A stretch of 64,000 nt of DNA from Alphaproteobacteria bacterium (GTDB taxonomy: Bacteria > Pseudomonadota > Alphaproteobacteria > GM7ARS4 > G965262615), in assembly GCA_965262615.1 (NCBI GenBank), contig OZ253545.1:32001-96000 (forward strand), written 5' to 3'. The stretch's first letter is position 1, and every line of letters starts with the position of its first letter. The notes beneath the pieces were generated by a model. The model made no database searches and was not told the DNA's origin. It saw only the letters and a program-made list of their open reading frames with translations. Below, in pieces: positions 18,591 through 28,638 of the stretch. The position numbers were made by a program, and so were the translations under genes.

Positions 18591-18683
18591 TGGCGGAGAG
18601 GGGGGGATTCGAACCCCCGATACGGCTCAAAACCGTATAACGGATTAGCAATCCGCCGCTTTCGACCACTCAGCCACCTCTCC
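18591..18683 (-). tRNA. tRNA-Ser (anticodon GCT), CCA encoded; island integration site
   Basis: GGAGAGG...CCTCTCC-GCCA; anticodon arm GCGGA-TTGCTAA-TCCGT; long variable arm; GGTTCGAATCC. Confidence 0.97.
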
Positions 18684-18712
18684 AAGAACCACACGCAAAC
18701 AACGCGACCACG

Positions 18713-18880
18713 CTATTTAATCTTGGCTTCTTTGAACATCACATGTTTTTTGGCAATGGGGTCGTATTTACGCACCTCCATTTTCTCGGTGACATTGCGC
18801 GGATTCTTACGGGTTACATAGAAAAAACCCGTGTCCGCCGTGCTCACCAACCTGATTTTAATCACCGCCGATTTCGCCAT
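18713..18880 (-). CDS. rpmG: 50S ribosomal protein L33 (Cys-free type)
   Basis: Below the ORF-track cutoff; translated by hand as [55 protein letters not shown]. Confidence 0.97.
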   Translation of the reverse strand: MAKSAVIKIRLVSTADTGFFYVTRKNPRNVTEKMEVRKYDPIAKKHVMFKEAKIK

Positions 18881-18930
18881 GAACCAATCTCCTTACCCCC
18901 ACACTATAATGTTCCCCATGCCATAACAAG

Positions 18931-21498
18931 TCACGCCGCCGCGACTTTTTTGGCTTTGTGCGTCCGTGTCGGCTTGGCAGTTTTGGCTTTGGACTTGGCT
19001 TGGGGTTTGATTTTGCCTTTTCTTGCCTTTGCCGCCAGCAATGCCAAGCCTTGCTCCAGAGTCAATTCCTTTGCCTCCGTACCATGAGGCAACGGCGCGC
19101 GCACCGCATTATGCCCCACATAAAAACCATAGCGACCTCGCACCAACACCACCAATTTGCCGTCCGAAGGATGCGTCCCCAACTCGCGATCCCCTCTCGC
19201 GCGTTTTTTCTGCAACGCCGTCTCAATCAATTCCATCGCCCGATTTGCTCCGATGGTGAGAACATCCTCATCTTTGGGGATGGTCGCCGACACCCATCCG
19301 CATTGCAAATACGCCCCAAAGCGTCCCACATGAGCCATAATCATCTCATCCATTTCCTCATGACGAGTCACCTCACGCGGCAAGGAAAGCAACCGCACCG
19401 CCTTGGCAAAATCCACCGTTTCGGCTTCGTAGTGCGGCGTGAGACCAAACCGCTTGGGCTTGGGAGTCTTCTTGCCCGCCGCTCCCTCACGCTCCCAATG
19501 CAAATACGCCCCGTAAGGACCATACCGCATCGTCACCTCACCGCCATCGGGATGAACCCCCAAAATGCTTTCTTCGCGCTGAGGCTCATTGCCATCACTG
19601 CCAAAAGAACGACTATACCGACACTCAGGATACAAAGTGCAACCAATAAACGCGCCATACCGGCTCAGCTTCAAGCTCAAACGACCCTCCTCACAACGAG
19701 GACACACCTGCCCATCGGGAAATAACAATTCAGCCAATGTCTCATTCAAAGCATCAATGATGGCACGGGTGCTGAGGGAACTGGCTCCCGTCATGGCGTG
19801 AGTGAAATCTTGCCAAAACTCACCCAGCACCGATTTCCATTGATGGCGACCTTGAGCGATATCATCCAACTGATTCTCCAAAGACGCAGTGAAATCATAG
19901 GCAATGTGGCGATTGAAAAAATGATTCAAAAAACAAGTCAAAATACGCCCTCTGTTTTCAGGCATAAACCGCCGACTCTCCAGCGTCACATACTGACGCT
20001 GCTGCAACACATCAATGATGCTGGCATAGGTGGAGGGTCTGCCGATGCCCAGCTCTTCCATTTTTTTCACCAGACTCGCCTCACTGTAGCGCGGCGGCGG
20101 CTTGGTAAAATGCTGTGAGGTCTCCACCTTTTGCAATGACACCGCGTCACCCTTGTGCAGTGGCGGCAGCAACTGATTTTTGTTCTCGCCACTGTCGTCA
20201 TCATCACGCCCTTCTTCATATAATTTAAGAAAGCCGTCAAACAGCACCCGATTGCCATTGGCTCGCAAAATGAGAGAGCCGTCATCAGTGGAAATGTCTG
20301 CACTCACCTGTTCCAATTGGGCATCCGCCATTTGACACGCCATCGCCCGCCGCCAAATCAAGCCATACAATTTATGTTGGTCATCGGTCAGATGTGCTCG
20401 CATTGTGTCGGCGTGTTGCGTGCAATCGGTGGGACGAATGGCTTCGTGAGCCTCTTGAGCATTTTTTGCCTTCTTTTTGAACAGACGCTTTTGCTCAGGC
20501 ACATATTTCTTGCCATACAGAGACTCAATATGCCGCCGCAGCATGGTGACGGCATCATTGGCAAGATGAGTGGAGTCGGTACGCATATAAGTAATGAGTC
20601 CGATGCGTCCGTGTCCGATGTCAATTCCCTCATAGAGCTGTTGTGCGGTGCGCATGGTGCGTTTGGCAGAAAATCCCAATTGCCGCGCCGCCTCTTGCTG
20701 CATGGTGGAAGTGGTAAAAGGCGGCGATGGACGGCGCGCTCGCAAGGATGTCTTGTGGTCACCCACATGCAGGCGGGCTTTTTCTAAAATAGCTTGAGCG
20801 GCATGGGCATGGTCTTGAGTCAAACCGTATTGGGCGATTTTTTTGCCCTCCCTGTGGGTGAGACGCGCCTTGAATGATTCCCCGTCCTTGCTGATGAGCT
20901 GTGCCACCAGCTGCCAGTATTCTTGCGGCTCAAAAGCTTCTATTTCCAGCTCACGCTCACAAATCAATTTCAGTGCCACCGATTGCACCCGCCCCGCCGA
21001 GCGACTCCCCGGCAGCTTGCGCCACAAAAGAGGCGAGAGCGTAAAGCCCACAAGATAATCCAACGCACGGCGCGCAAAATAAGCATCCACAAGATTCTGA
21101 TTGATCGCACGCGGATGGCTCATGGCATGACGCACCGCATCCGGTGTCACTTCATGAAACACCACTCGTTTGATGTCAATGGATTTGTCTTTGAACGCCT
21201 GCTGTTTTTGCAAAGCCGCCACAATGTGCCACGAAATAGCCTCCCCTTCGCGATCGGGGTCGGTGGCAAGATAGAGCGTGGTCGCGCCATCCAACGCTTG
21301 CGTGATGCGTTTGAGTTTGTCGCGCGCGCCCTTAATCTCCACCCAGTCCATGGCGAAATCGTCATCGGGACGCACCGAGCCATTCTGTGACGGCAGGTCA
21401 CGCACATGCCCATAACTCGCCAAAACATGATAGCTGCCGCCAAGATACTTATGCAATGTCTTTGCCTTGGTGGCGGATTCTACAATCACAACATCCAT
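18931..21498 (-). CDS. topA: DNA topoisomerase I
   Basis: VIVES, ASYGHVRDL, LATDPDREGEAI, SAGRVQSVAL, LITYMRTDS and AQEAHEAIRPT, plus a zinc ribbon and C-terminal repeats. Confidence 0.97.
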   Translation of the reverse strand: MDVVIVESATKAKTLHKYLGGSYHVLASYGHVRDLPSQNGSVRPDDDFAMDWVEIKGARDKLKRITQALDGATTLYLATDPDREGEAISWHIVAALQKQQAFKDKSIDIKRVVFHEVTPDAVRHAMSHPRAINQNLVDAYFARRALDYLVGFTLSPLLWRKLPGSRSAGRVQSVALKLICERELEIEAFEPQEYWQLVAQLISKDGESFKARLTHREGKKIAQYGLTQDHAHAAQAILEKARLHVGDHKTSLRARRPSPPFTTSTMQQEAARQLGFSAKRTMRTAQQLYEGIDIGHGRIGLITYMRTDSTHLANDAVTMLRRHIESLYGKKYVPEQKRLFKKKAKNAQEAHEAIRPTDCTQHADTMRAHLTDDQHKLYGLIWRRAMACQMADAQLEQVSADISTDDGSLILRANGNRVLFDGFLKLYEEGRDDDDSGENKNQLLPPLHKGDAVSLQKVETSQHFTKPPPRYSEASLVKKMEELGIGRPSTYASIIDVLQQRQYVTLESRRFMPENRGRILTCFLNHFFNRHIAYDFTASLENQLDDIAQGRHQWKSVLGEFWQDFTHAMTGASSLSTRAIIDALNETLAELLFPDGQVCPRCEEGRLSLKLSRYGAFIGCTLYPECRYSRSFGSDGNEPQREESILGVHPDGGEVTMRYGPYGAYLHWEREGAAGKKTPKPKRFGLTPHYEAETVDFAKAVRLLSLPREVTRHEEMDEMIMAHVGRFGAYLQCGWVSATIPKDEDVLTIGANRAMELIETALQKKRARGDRELGTHPSDGKLVVLVRGRYGFYVGHNAVRAPLPHGTEAKELTLEQGLALLAAKARKGKIKPQAKSKAKTAKPTRTHKAKKVAAA

Positions 21499-21543
21499 GA
21501 CTGGCATAAGTGACAAAAGACGCCTCACAAAGCAAGAGGCAAT

Positions 21544-22653
21544 TTACGACACCAATGACACCTTATTGCCGGCATGATAACGCACCAAGCCCTCCAGCTC
21601 CAACTGCACCAGCACATAAGTCACCGCCTGATGGGATGCCCCACTCTCGCGAATGAGCTCATCCACGCCAATGGGCGTGAGGCTGAGCAGCTGCATGATG
21701 ATGTCCCGCAATTGACGCAGTTCGGTCTCATCGGGCAGTGGTTGCGGCTTGGAAGGGGGCGGAATTTTTTGCTCTCTCAGTGAGGTCATCTCTCCCTCTA
21801 AAATATCAATAATTTCCTGACCGCTCTCCACCAGATGCGCGCCGTCTTTGAGCAGTTTGTTGGGGCCTTTGCTGCGAGGGTCGGACGGTGCGCCCGGAAT
21901 GGCAAACACCTCTCTGCCTTGTTCGGCGGCACATTGTGCGGTGATGAGCGAGCCGGACCGCAACGGAGCTTCCACCACCACAACACCCACCGCCAAGCCC
22001 GACACGATGCGGTTGCGTCTGGGAAACAATTGGGGACGGGGCATCGTGCCCCAGGGCATCTCACTGATGATTGCCCCCACCGAGACGATGTCATGATACA
22101 GCTCTTCGTTTTCTGGAGGATAGATATGATCCACGCCGCCCGCCATGACCGCCACCGTTCCACCCTGCAATGCCCCTTGATGAGCGGCGGTATCAATGCC
22201 GCGTGCCAGTCCCGATACCACCACATAGCCGGCTTGGGTGAGAGCCTCACTGCATTGACGCGTCCATAGGCGGGCATGGGCGGAAGCATTGCGCGTGCCC
22301 ACCATCGCCACACACTTTTGTTGCAACAAATGATGATGCCCGCGCACCGTCACAATAGATGGCGGGTCATCCAGTTCCGCCAACAAAGGTGGATAATCCG
22401 CCGCGCCATAGACAAAAACCGATGCGTCATGGTCTTTGATGTGTTGTCGCTCTTTTTGCGCCCGTGCCTCATCACAAATCACAATGGCACTTTTGCTACG
22501 CGCCGCCATCGTGGGCAATTGACGCAATGCCTCCGTGCCACTGCCAAACAGCTCAATCAATTTGCGAAAAGTGACCGCACCCACGCGCTCACTGCGAGCC
22601 ACACGAAGGGCGGCAATCAGTTCTTCTTCCTGTTTATGAGCCGTCACCATCAT
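21544..22653 (-). CDS. dprA: DNA-processing protein DprA
   Basis: VAMVGTRNAS, VVSGLARGIDTAAH, FPRRNRIVSGL, SGSLITA and a C-terminal winged helix. Confidence 0.96.
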   Translation of the reverse strand: MMVTAHKQEEELIAALRVARSERVGAVTFRKLIELFGSGTEALRQLPTMAARSKSAIVICDEARAQKERQHIKDHDASVFVYGAADYPPLLAELDDPPSIVTVRGHHHLLQQKCVAMVGTRNASAHARLWTRQCSEALTQAGYVVVSGLARGIDTAAHQGALQGGTVAVMAGGVDHIYPPENEELYHDIVSVGAIISEMPWGTMPRPQLFPRRNRIVSGLAVGVVVVEAPLRSGSLITAQCAAEQGREVFAIPGAPSDPRSKGPNKLLKDGAHLVESGQEIIDILEGEMTSLREQKIPPPSKPQPLPDETELRQLRDIIMQLLSLTPIGVDELIRESGASHQAVTYVLVQLELEGLVRYHAGNKVSLVS

Positions 22654-23235
22654 TTATCGCACACGAAATCGGTGTTCCTTGCCGTGCCACAGGGCAATGA
22701 TATTGTGCCAGTGCGCAAGGACAATCATCAATGATATCACCACCACAGCAAACCATAACGCATCCTCTCCTTGCATCCACCACACGCACGGTGTCGCCAG
22801 TGCCATGCACACAGATGCCAGCGAAACATATCCACTGAGTAAAAAAACAATCCCCCATACACCAATCAGTGCCGCGAGCAAAACAGGCTCAAGCACCAAC
22901 ACGATGCCCACCAGCACCGCCACCCCCTTGCCGCCACGCCCATACAGCCAGATGGGAAACATATGCCCCAGCACCACACACATCATCGCCACCTGCACCA
23001 ACAGGTCGTCAGACACGAATACCGCCATCACCACAGCGGCTTTGCCGGCATCCAATACAAATGTGACCAGCCCCAGCCATCGTCCCAACAGACGAGTCAC
23101 ATTGGTCGCCCCCACATTACCGGAGCCGTGTTCGCGCACATCCACACCATAAAAACGCGCGAGCACATAGCCAAAGGGAACAGAGCCAATGCCATAGCCC
23201 ACCAATGCCGCCATCCACACAGAACCATCCATCAT
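22654..23235 (-). CDS. plsY: Glycerol-3-phosphate acyltransferase PlsY
   Basis: GSVPFG, GSGNVGATNV, GHMFPIW, GGKGVA and HWHNI. Confidence 0.95.
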   Translation of the reverse strand: MMDGSVWMAALVGYGIGSVPFGYVLARFYGVDVREHGSGNVGATNVTRLLGRWLGLVTFVLDAGKAAVVMAVFVSDDLLVQVAMMCVVLGHMFPIWLYGRGGKGVAVLVGIVLVLEPVLLAALIGVWGIVFLLSGYVSLASVCMALATPCVWWMQGEDALWFAVVVISLMIVLAHWHNIIALWHGKEHRFRVR

Positions 23236-24509
23236 GACATCATCACCCCATCCACCAAAGTCCAGCGCACCGCCCCTTTGACTTTGTGTCCATCAAACGG
23301 TGTGCTATGAGAGAGGCTAACAAATGACGCGCCATCAATCACGCCCTCCTTGTTCACATCAAAACAAACCATATCCGCCGCCCACCCTTTATGCAATCCA
23401 CCCAGTGGCAGACGGGTGACTGTGGCAGGATGATGAGTCACACACGCCAGCCATGCCAACAACGAACAGTGCCCCTCATGATACAAACGCAGCGACAAAG
23501 GCAATAATGTCTCCAGTCCCACTGCGCCCACAGCCGCCTGCGAAAATGGCAGAGATTTGCTTTCGCTGTCTTGAGGCTCATGGGCTGACACAATAACATC
23601 AATCACCCCTCGCGCCACGCCCTGCACCACCGCTTGGCGGTCGCTCTCCTCACGCAATGGCGGCATGACGCGCGCCGCCGTGCAGTAATCCGTCACCGCA
23701 TCCTCCGTCAGCCACATATAAAGAGGTGCCGTGCCCGCCGTCAGAGACAAGCCCTCCGTTTTTGCCGCCGCCAACAATGACACCGCTTCGGCGGTGGTCA
23801 CCAAGTTCACATGAACGCGCGCCCCCGTCTCGCGCACCAAACGAATGATGCGCTCCAAAACCATCGCCTCCGTAAATGAAGGAATCCCCTCAACACCCAG
23901 ATGAGTCGCCAAAAAACCCTCATTCATCACGCCATGACCAAAGGATGCCTCCTGCAACGAAACAAGCAACAGAGAATCATGAGCCCTGCTATAAAGCATG
24001 GCATTATATAATGTCTTGACGGAACACATCCGCTCGCCATCGCCAAAGGCAATCACCCCCGCTTCTTGCAAAAGCCCCATGTCGGTCAGTATCTTCCCTT
24101 CTCGCCCTTGGGTGAGTGCGGCGGTGGGATAGAGCTTGCTCCTTTTGGCTTCACGAGCTTTGCGTTCCATAAATCCCACCATGCCGGCATGATCCACCAC
24201 CGGCTCGGTATCGGCGGTCGCCACCACCGCCGTCACCCCACCTTGAGCCGCCGATGACAACGCCGAGAAAATCGTCTCCTTATGAGATTCCTCATGCTCT
24301 CGCACCGACACCTGCATATCAATCAAACCCGCCGCCAGACAGTGCCCCTCACAATCCACAATGGCGCAATCACCGCCGCAATTGTCTGCCGTCACCTGCG
24401 CCCCCCAATCCTCAATCACGCCATCGCGCACCAGCACGCCTCCCATGCCGTCATGGGCGGTGGCACAATCCAGCACCCGTCCATTGACATAAGCGGTGCG
24501 CATCGTCAT
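23232..24509 (-). CDS. pyrC: Dihydroorotase-like protein (PyrC', probably non-catalytic)
   Basis: Amidohydrolase-type sequence (PPLRE, GLETLLPL, TPFDG) coupled to pyrB. The metal-binding HxH is replaced (IDMQVSVRE). Confidence 0.88.
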   Translation of the reverse strand: MTMRTAYVNGRVLDCATAHDGMGGVLVRDGVIEDWGAQVTADNCGGDCAIVDCEGHCLAAGLIDMQVSVREHEESHKETIFSALSSAAQGGVTAVVATADTEPVVDHAGMVGFMERKAREAKRSKLYPTAALTQGREGKILTDMGLLQEAGVIAFGDGERMCSVKTLYNAMLYSRAHDSLLLVSLQEASFGHGVMNEGFLATHLGVEGIPSFTEAMVLERIIRLVRETGARVHVNLVTTAEAVSLLAAAKTEGLSLTAGTAPLYMWLTEDAVTDYCTAARVMPPLREESDRQAVVQGVARGVIDVIVSAHEPQDSESKSLPFSQAAVGAVGLETLLPLSLRLYHEGHCSLLAWLACVTHHPATVTRLPLGGLHKGWAADMVCFDVNKEGVIDGASFVSLSHSTPFDGHKVKGAVRWTLVDGVMMS

Positions 24510-25450
24510 GACAAAACCCCCATCGCCCACTCAATGCACGCCATGCGCACCGCCACCCCATTGTGCACCTGTGATTGAATCACACTGTGATTGATGTCAT
24601 GGGCTAAGCCGCCATCAATCTCCAAACCGCGATTGATGGGACCCGGGTGCATAATCAGTGCACCCTTCGCCGCCAGACTAAAATGCTCCTGCGTCAAACC
24701 ATAGAAACGAAAATACTCCTTGCGTGATGGAATCACCCCTCGTTCAATGCGCTCCTTTTGCAACCGCAGCATCATCACAATATCACAATCGCGTATGCCT
24801 TCCTTGATATCGTAAAAACACTTCACGCCCCACCGCTCAATGTGTGATGGCATCAACGGCGGCGGCGCAATGAGGTGCAGCGATGCTCCCATTTTTTTCA
24901 ATAAGTGTATATTAGAGCGCGCAACACGCGAATGTTTGATATCACCACAAATCGCCACCCGCAAATTTTTGATGGATTTTTTGTGTTGAATCATGGTGCA
25001 CGCATCCAGCAAAGCTTGGGTTGGATGCTCATGGCGACCATCCCCCGCATTGATGACCACGCACGACAAATCATCCGCCAAATTGCGCACCGCCCCCGAA
25101 AAAGGATGACGAATCACCAACACATCAGGCTGCATGGCATCCAATGTGATGGCGGTGTCGTGCAGAGTCTCCCCCTTCTTGATGGCACTGTCCACCAATT
25201 GCAAATTGCTCACGCTGATGCCCAGTCGCTTTGCCGCCAATTCAAATGATGTGCGGGTGCGGGTGGAAGTCTCAAAAAAAAGATTCATCAGCGTGCATCC
25301 CGCCAATGAATTGTCTCCCTTTGCCTTTTTGGGGTCTCGCAGCCACGCCAGAGCGCGCGTCAAAATGACATCAATATCTTCTCGCGCCAGACCCTCAATC
25401 CCCAATAAATGCCGATGGGATGGATGTTTTGATGGGACGCGCGCAGTCAT
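24506..25450 (-). CDS. pyrB: Aspartate carbamoyltransferase catalytic subunit
   Basis: FFETSTRTRTSFE, INAGDGRHEHPTQALLD, HSRVARSN and MHPGPINRG. Confidence 0.97.
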   Translation of the reverse strand: MTARVPSKHPSHRHLLGIEGLAREDIDVILTRALAWLRDPKKAKGDNSLAGCTLMNLFFETSTRTRTSFELAAKRLGISVSNLQLVDSAIKKGETLHDTAITLDAMQPDVLVIRHPFSGAVRNLADDLSCVVINAGDGRHEHPTQALLDACTMIQHKKSIKNLRVAICGDIKHSRVARSNIHLLKKMGASLHLIAPPPLMPSHIERWGVKCFYDIKEGIRDCDIVMMLRLQKERIERGVIPSRKEYFRFYGLTQEHFSLAAKGALIMHPGPINRGLEIDGGLAHDINHSVIQSQVHNGVAVRMACIEWAMGVLS

Positions 25451-25532
25451 CAAAGGGTGAGTATGAAGCAACCGCCACCCTCGCACAAGAGGTCATCTTG
25501 ACCTGCCCTCATATTTTCTGCCACAGTGGCTT

Positions 25533-27350
25533 ATGGCTGACAATTTCAAATCTCATCGTTCTGACCGCCAGATTTTGCGGCGCGTGGTGGTGGAGTACAT
25601 GGGCAGATACTGGGAAAATTTTGCCGGCGGTGTCCTCTGCATGCTTATGGTCGCCGCCGCCACCGCCGCCACCGCTCAACTCATGCAGCCCATCCTTGAC
25701 GATGTCTTTTTGAACAAAGACCAAACCATGATTTATCTTGTGCCTCTCGTCATCATCATCGTCTTTGTGTTCAAGGGAGGAGCAGAATTTGGTCACATGA
25801 TGCTCACGCGGCGCGCCTCTTCCTTCATCATGGTTGACTTACAAAATCAATTGTTTGACACCATTCTCAAGCGGGAGATTGTCTTCTTTGATCACAATTC
25901 CAGCGGCATGCTGGCGGCGCGTTTTACCACTGAAGTCATGATGGTGGTCAATGCGGTGGTCAATTTGCTGGTGGGCTATGTGCGTGATGGACTCTCCTTC
26001 TTGTTTTTGCTGCTGGTCATGATTTATCAAGATTGGCAGCTGTCCATCATCGTCTTGCTGGTTTTCTCCCTTGCCTACACCCCCGTGTTGATGCTTGCCA
26101 AACGCTCGCGCAACGACTCCGCCGTGCAGCAACAATCTATGGGGAAGCTCAATGCCCAACTGGTGGAAATCTTTTCCGGCATCCGCATGGTGCAATCCTA
26201 CGGCAGAGAAAAAGAAGAAAATAAACGCATGAAGCAAACCACCACAAAAATTCGTGAGATCATGAACAACATGGCGCGCCTGCAAGCCATGCCGCGCCCC
26301 ATCATGGAGGGACTCACAGGCATCGCCATCGCCATCGTGGTCTATTACGGCGGACAGCAAGTGTTCTCAGGAGAAGCCACACCAGGTGAATTGTTTTCCT
26401 TCATCACCGCCATGCTCCTTGCCTATAAGCCCGCCAAATCGGTCATCAATCTGCATATTCAATTGCAAATGGGACTCACAGCCGCCAATAATATTTTCAA
26501 AATCTTTGATAGCCCCCCCGCCATCAAAGACAAACCCAATGCTTATAATCTTCCCAAGGATGACACAAACGGCTGGTCTCTCACTTTTGATCAAGTTGAT
26601 TTCTCCTACGATGGACACCATCAAGCATTGCAAAACATGTCAATGACAATCCCCGCTCATCAAACGGTTGCGCTGGTGGGGCCATCGGGCGGCGGCAAAT
26701 CCACCACCTTCAATCTCATCGGCAGATTCTATGACCCGCAAAAAGGACGCATCACCATCGGCAACCACGCCATTCAAGATGTGACGCTGGAATCACTGCG
26801 CGCCAAAGTGGGATATGTCAGCCAAGACATCGTCATCTTCAATGACACCATCGCCAAAAACATTTTATTCGGCAAAGAAGACGCAACCCACGATGACATG
26901 CACAACGCCAGCCGCAAAGCATTTGCCGATGAGTTTATCAGTCAATTGCCGCAAGGCTATGACACCCTCGTGGGCGAGAACGGTGTGTTGCTGTCGGGGG
27001 GACAAAAACAACGCATTGCTCTTGCTCGCGCCTTGCTCAAAAGCGCACCCATCCTGCTGCTGGATGAAGCCACCGCCGCACTGGACAACGAATCGGAATT
27101 CTACATTCGCTCCGCTCTCCATGAACTCAAGCGACACCATACCATTGTCATTATTGCCCATCGTCTCAGCACGGTGCGTGATGCCGATTGCATTTTTGTC
27201 ATTCAAAATGGCTCGGTGGTGGAGAGCGGTAATTATCAAACACTGCTGAACAAGAAAGGTGTCTTTACTCAATTGCATGAATTTCAAAGTGCCGTTGAAA
27301 CGATGGATCTCAAGCGTCCGATGCGTCCTCTTGTTTCTCCCTCTTCTTGA
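25533..27350 (+). CDS. msbA: Lipid A export ABC transporter (permease + ATPase)
   Basis: TM domain plus GPSGGGKS, LSGGQKQRIA and LLLDEAT; heads the waaA-lpxK-lpxL cluster. Confidence 0.88.
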   Translation: MADNFKSHRSDRQILRRVVVEYMGRYWENFAGGVLCMLMVAAATAATAQLMQPILDDVFLNKDQTMIYLVPLVIIIVFVFKGGAEFGHMMLTRRASSFIMVDLQNQLFDTILKREIVFFDHNSSGMLAARFTTEVMMVVNAVVNLLVGYVRDGLSFLFLLLVMIYQDWQLSIIVLLVFSLAYTPVLMLAKRSRNDSAVQQQSMGKLNAQLVEIFSGIRMVQSYGREKEENKRMKQTTTKIREIMNNMARLQAMPRPIMEGLTGIAIAIVVYYGGQQVFSGEATPGELFSFITAMLLAYKPAKSVINLHIQLQMGLTAANNIFKIFDSPPAIKDKPNAYNLPKDDTNGWSLTFDQVDFSYDGHHQALQNMSMTIPAHQTVALVGPSGGGKSTTFNLIGRFYDPQKGRITIGNHAIQDVTLESLRAKVGYVSQDIVIFNDTIAKNILFGKEDATHDDMHNASRKAFADEFISQLPQGYDTLVGENGVLLSGGQKQRIALARALLKSAPILLLDEATAALDNESEFYIRSALHELKRHHTIVIIAHRLSTVRDADCIFVIQNGSVVESGNYQTLLNKKGVFTQLHEFQSAVETMDLKRPMRPLVSPSS

Positions 27351-27354
27351 TGCC

Positions 27355-28638
27355 ATGGCGCGCTGGTTTTCTTTGTTATCCGCGTATCATCACATCAGCC
27401 CCTTGTTTCGTCCTCTGATGCCACTGCTGGTGCAAGCACGGCTACGGCAGGGCAAGGAAGAAGCGTCACGCACTCAGGAACGCTACGGCGTGGCATCTCA
27501 TGCCCGCCCGCACGGAACGGTCGTCTGGGTGCATGGCGCGAGCGTGGGAGAATCTCTCTCGGTGCTGCCATTGCTGACAGCTCTGTTGCAACGCATGCCG
27601 CACCTCTCCATTGTGATGACCACCGTCACCGTCAGTGCCGCCCAATTGTTGCGAGAGCGATTGCCCGCCGCCGCCATTCATCAATACAGCTGCTTTGATG
27701 TGCCTTGTTATGCCGAGCGATTTCTTGTCCATTGGCGACCGCAGATGGTGTTGTGGCTGGAATCGGAGCTGTGGCTCAATCAATTGACCGCCATTCATCG
27801 CCGTCACATTCCGTTGTTTTTGCTGGGAGGGCGACTTTCAAAAAGGAGTTTTAGACGATGGCAGCGCGCCCCTTCTATTATTCGTAAGGTTTTGTCTTAT
27901 TTTGATGTCATCTTTGCTCAGAGCTGTGTTGAGGCTGACAGGTTCTCTCAATTGAGCGGTCGCCATCGCATCACGGTTGCCAATTTGAAAATGATTCCGC
28001 CATTGGTGTCTGTTGATGCCCACAAACGCCGCTGGCTGCAGCACCAATTGCAAGGCAGGCATTGTTGGCTGGCTGCCAGCACCCATGATGGCGAAGAGGC
28101 GATGATGGTGGCGTGTCATCGTTATTTGTGTGAGCATTTTTCTGATTTGGTGACCATCATTGCGCCGCGCCATGCTCGTCGCGGTGATGCCATCGCCGCC
28201 GCCATGACGGCTGCCAACATTCCTCTGGCGCGCCGCTCCCGTGACGACACCCTGCCGCCTCATCAAGGGATTTATCTGGCTGACACAATGGGCGAGATGC
28301 CATTGCTGTATGAAAGCGTGCCTGTGTCTGTGATCGGTGGCTCGCTGGTGAATCATGGCGGACACAATCCGCTGGAAGCCGCCCGAGCCAAAACCGCCGT
28401 GCTGTTCGGACAATACATGGATAATTTTCAACCGCTGGCACAAGAACTCATTGACCACAATGGCGCACGCATGGTGACCAATGAACGCCAACTGAGCCAA
28501 CAACTGCACACTCTGCTCGCCAATGAGAATGAGTGTAGGAAAATGTCATCGGCTGCCGCCGCCTTTGCCCATGAAACAGGTCGTCATGTTTTGGATGATT
28601 ACCTTGAACGCATCCTGCCATGGCTATCATCTCCATGA
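27355..28638 (+). CDS. waaA: Kdo transferase
   Basis: WVHGASVGE, ESELW, AASTHDGEE, IAPRH, DTMGEM and GGHNPLEAA. Confidence 0.95.
   Translation: MARWFSLLSAYHHISPLFRPLMPLLVQARLRQGKEEASRTQERYGVASHARPHGTVVWVHGASVGESLSVLPLLTALLQRMPHLSIVMTTVTVSAAQLLRERLPAAAIHQYSCFDVPCYAERFLVHWRPQMVLWLESELWLNQLTAIHRRHIPLFLLGGRLSKRSFRRWQRAPSIIRKVLSYFDVIFAQSCVEADRFSQLSGRHRITVANLKMIPPLVSVDAHKRRWLQHQLQGRHCWLAASTHDGEEAMMVACHRYLCEHFSDLVTIIAPRHARRGDAIAAAMTAANIPLARRSRDDTLPPHQGIYLADTMGEMPLLYESVPVSVIGGSLVNHGGHNPLEAARAKTAVLFGQYMDNFQPLAQELIDHNGARMVTNERQLSQQLHTLLANENECRKMSSAAAAFAHETGRHVLDDYLERILPWLSSP

Larger units (their letters stand above)
8987..18640. mobile_element. Genomic (defence) island integrated at tRNA-Ser, no integrase visible
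   Basis: Flanking ~50-bp direct repeat of the tRNA 3' end. Cargo is R-M and helicase genes, and composition differs from the core genes by eye. Confidence 0.88.

Noticed and set aside
7500-18600. Prophage or integrase-bearing ICE
   Set aside because: No integrase, structural, replication or conjugation genes were found among the ORFs.
23232-24509. pyrC as a pseudogene because metal ligands are missing
   Set aside because: It is full length and coupled to pyrB; non-catalytic PyrC' subunits of ATCase complexes are well known in Proteobacteria.
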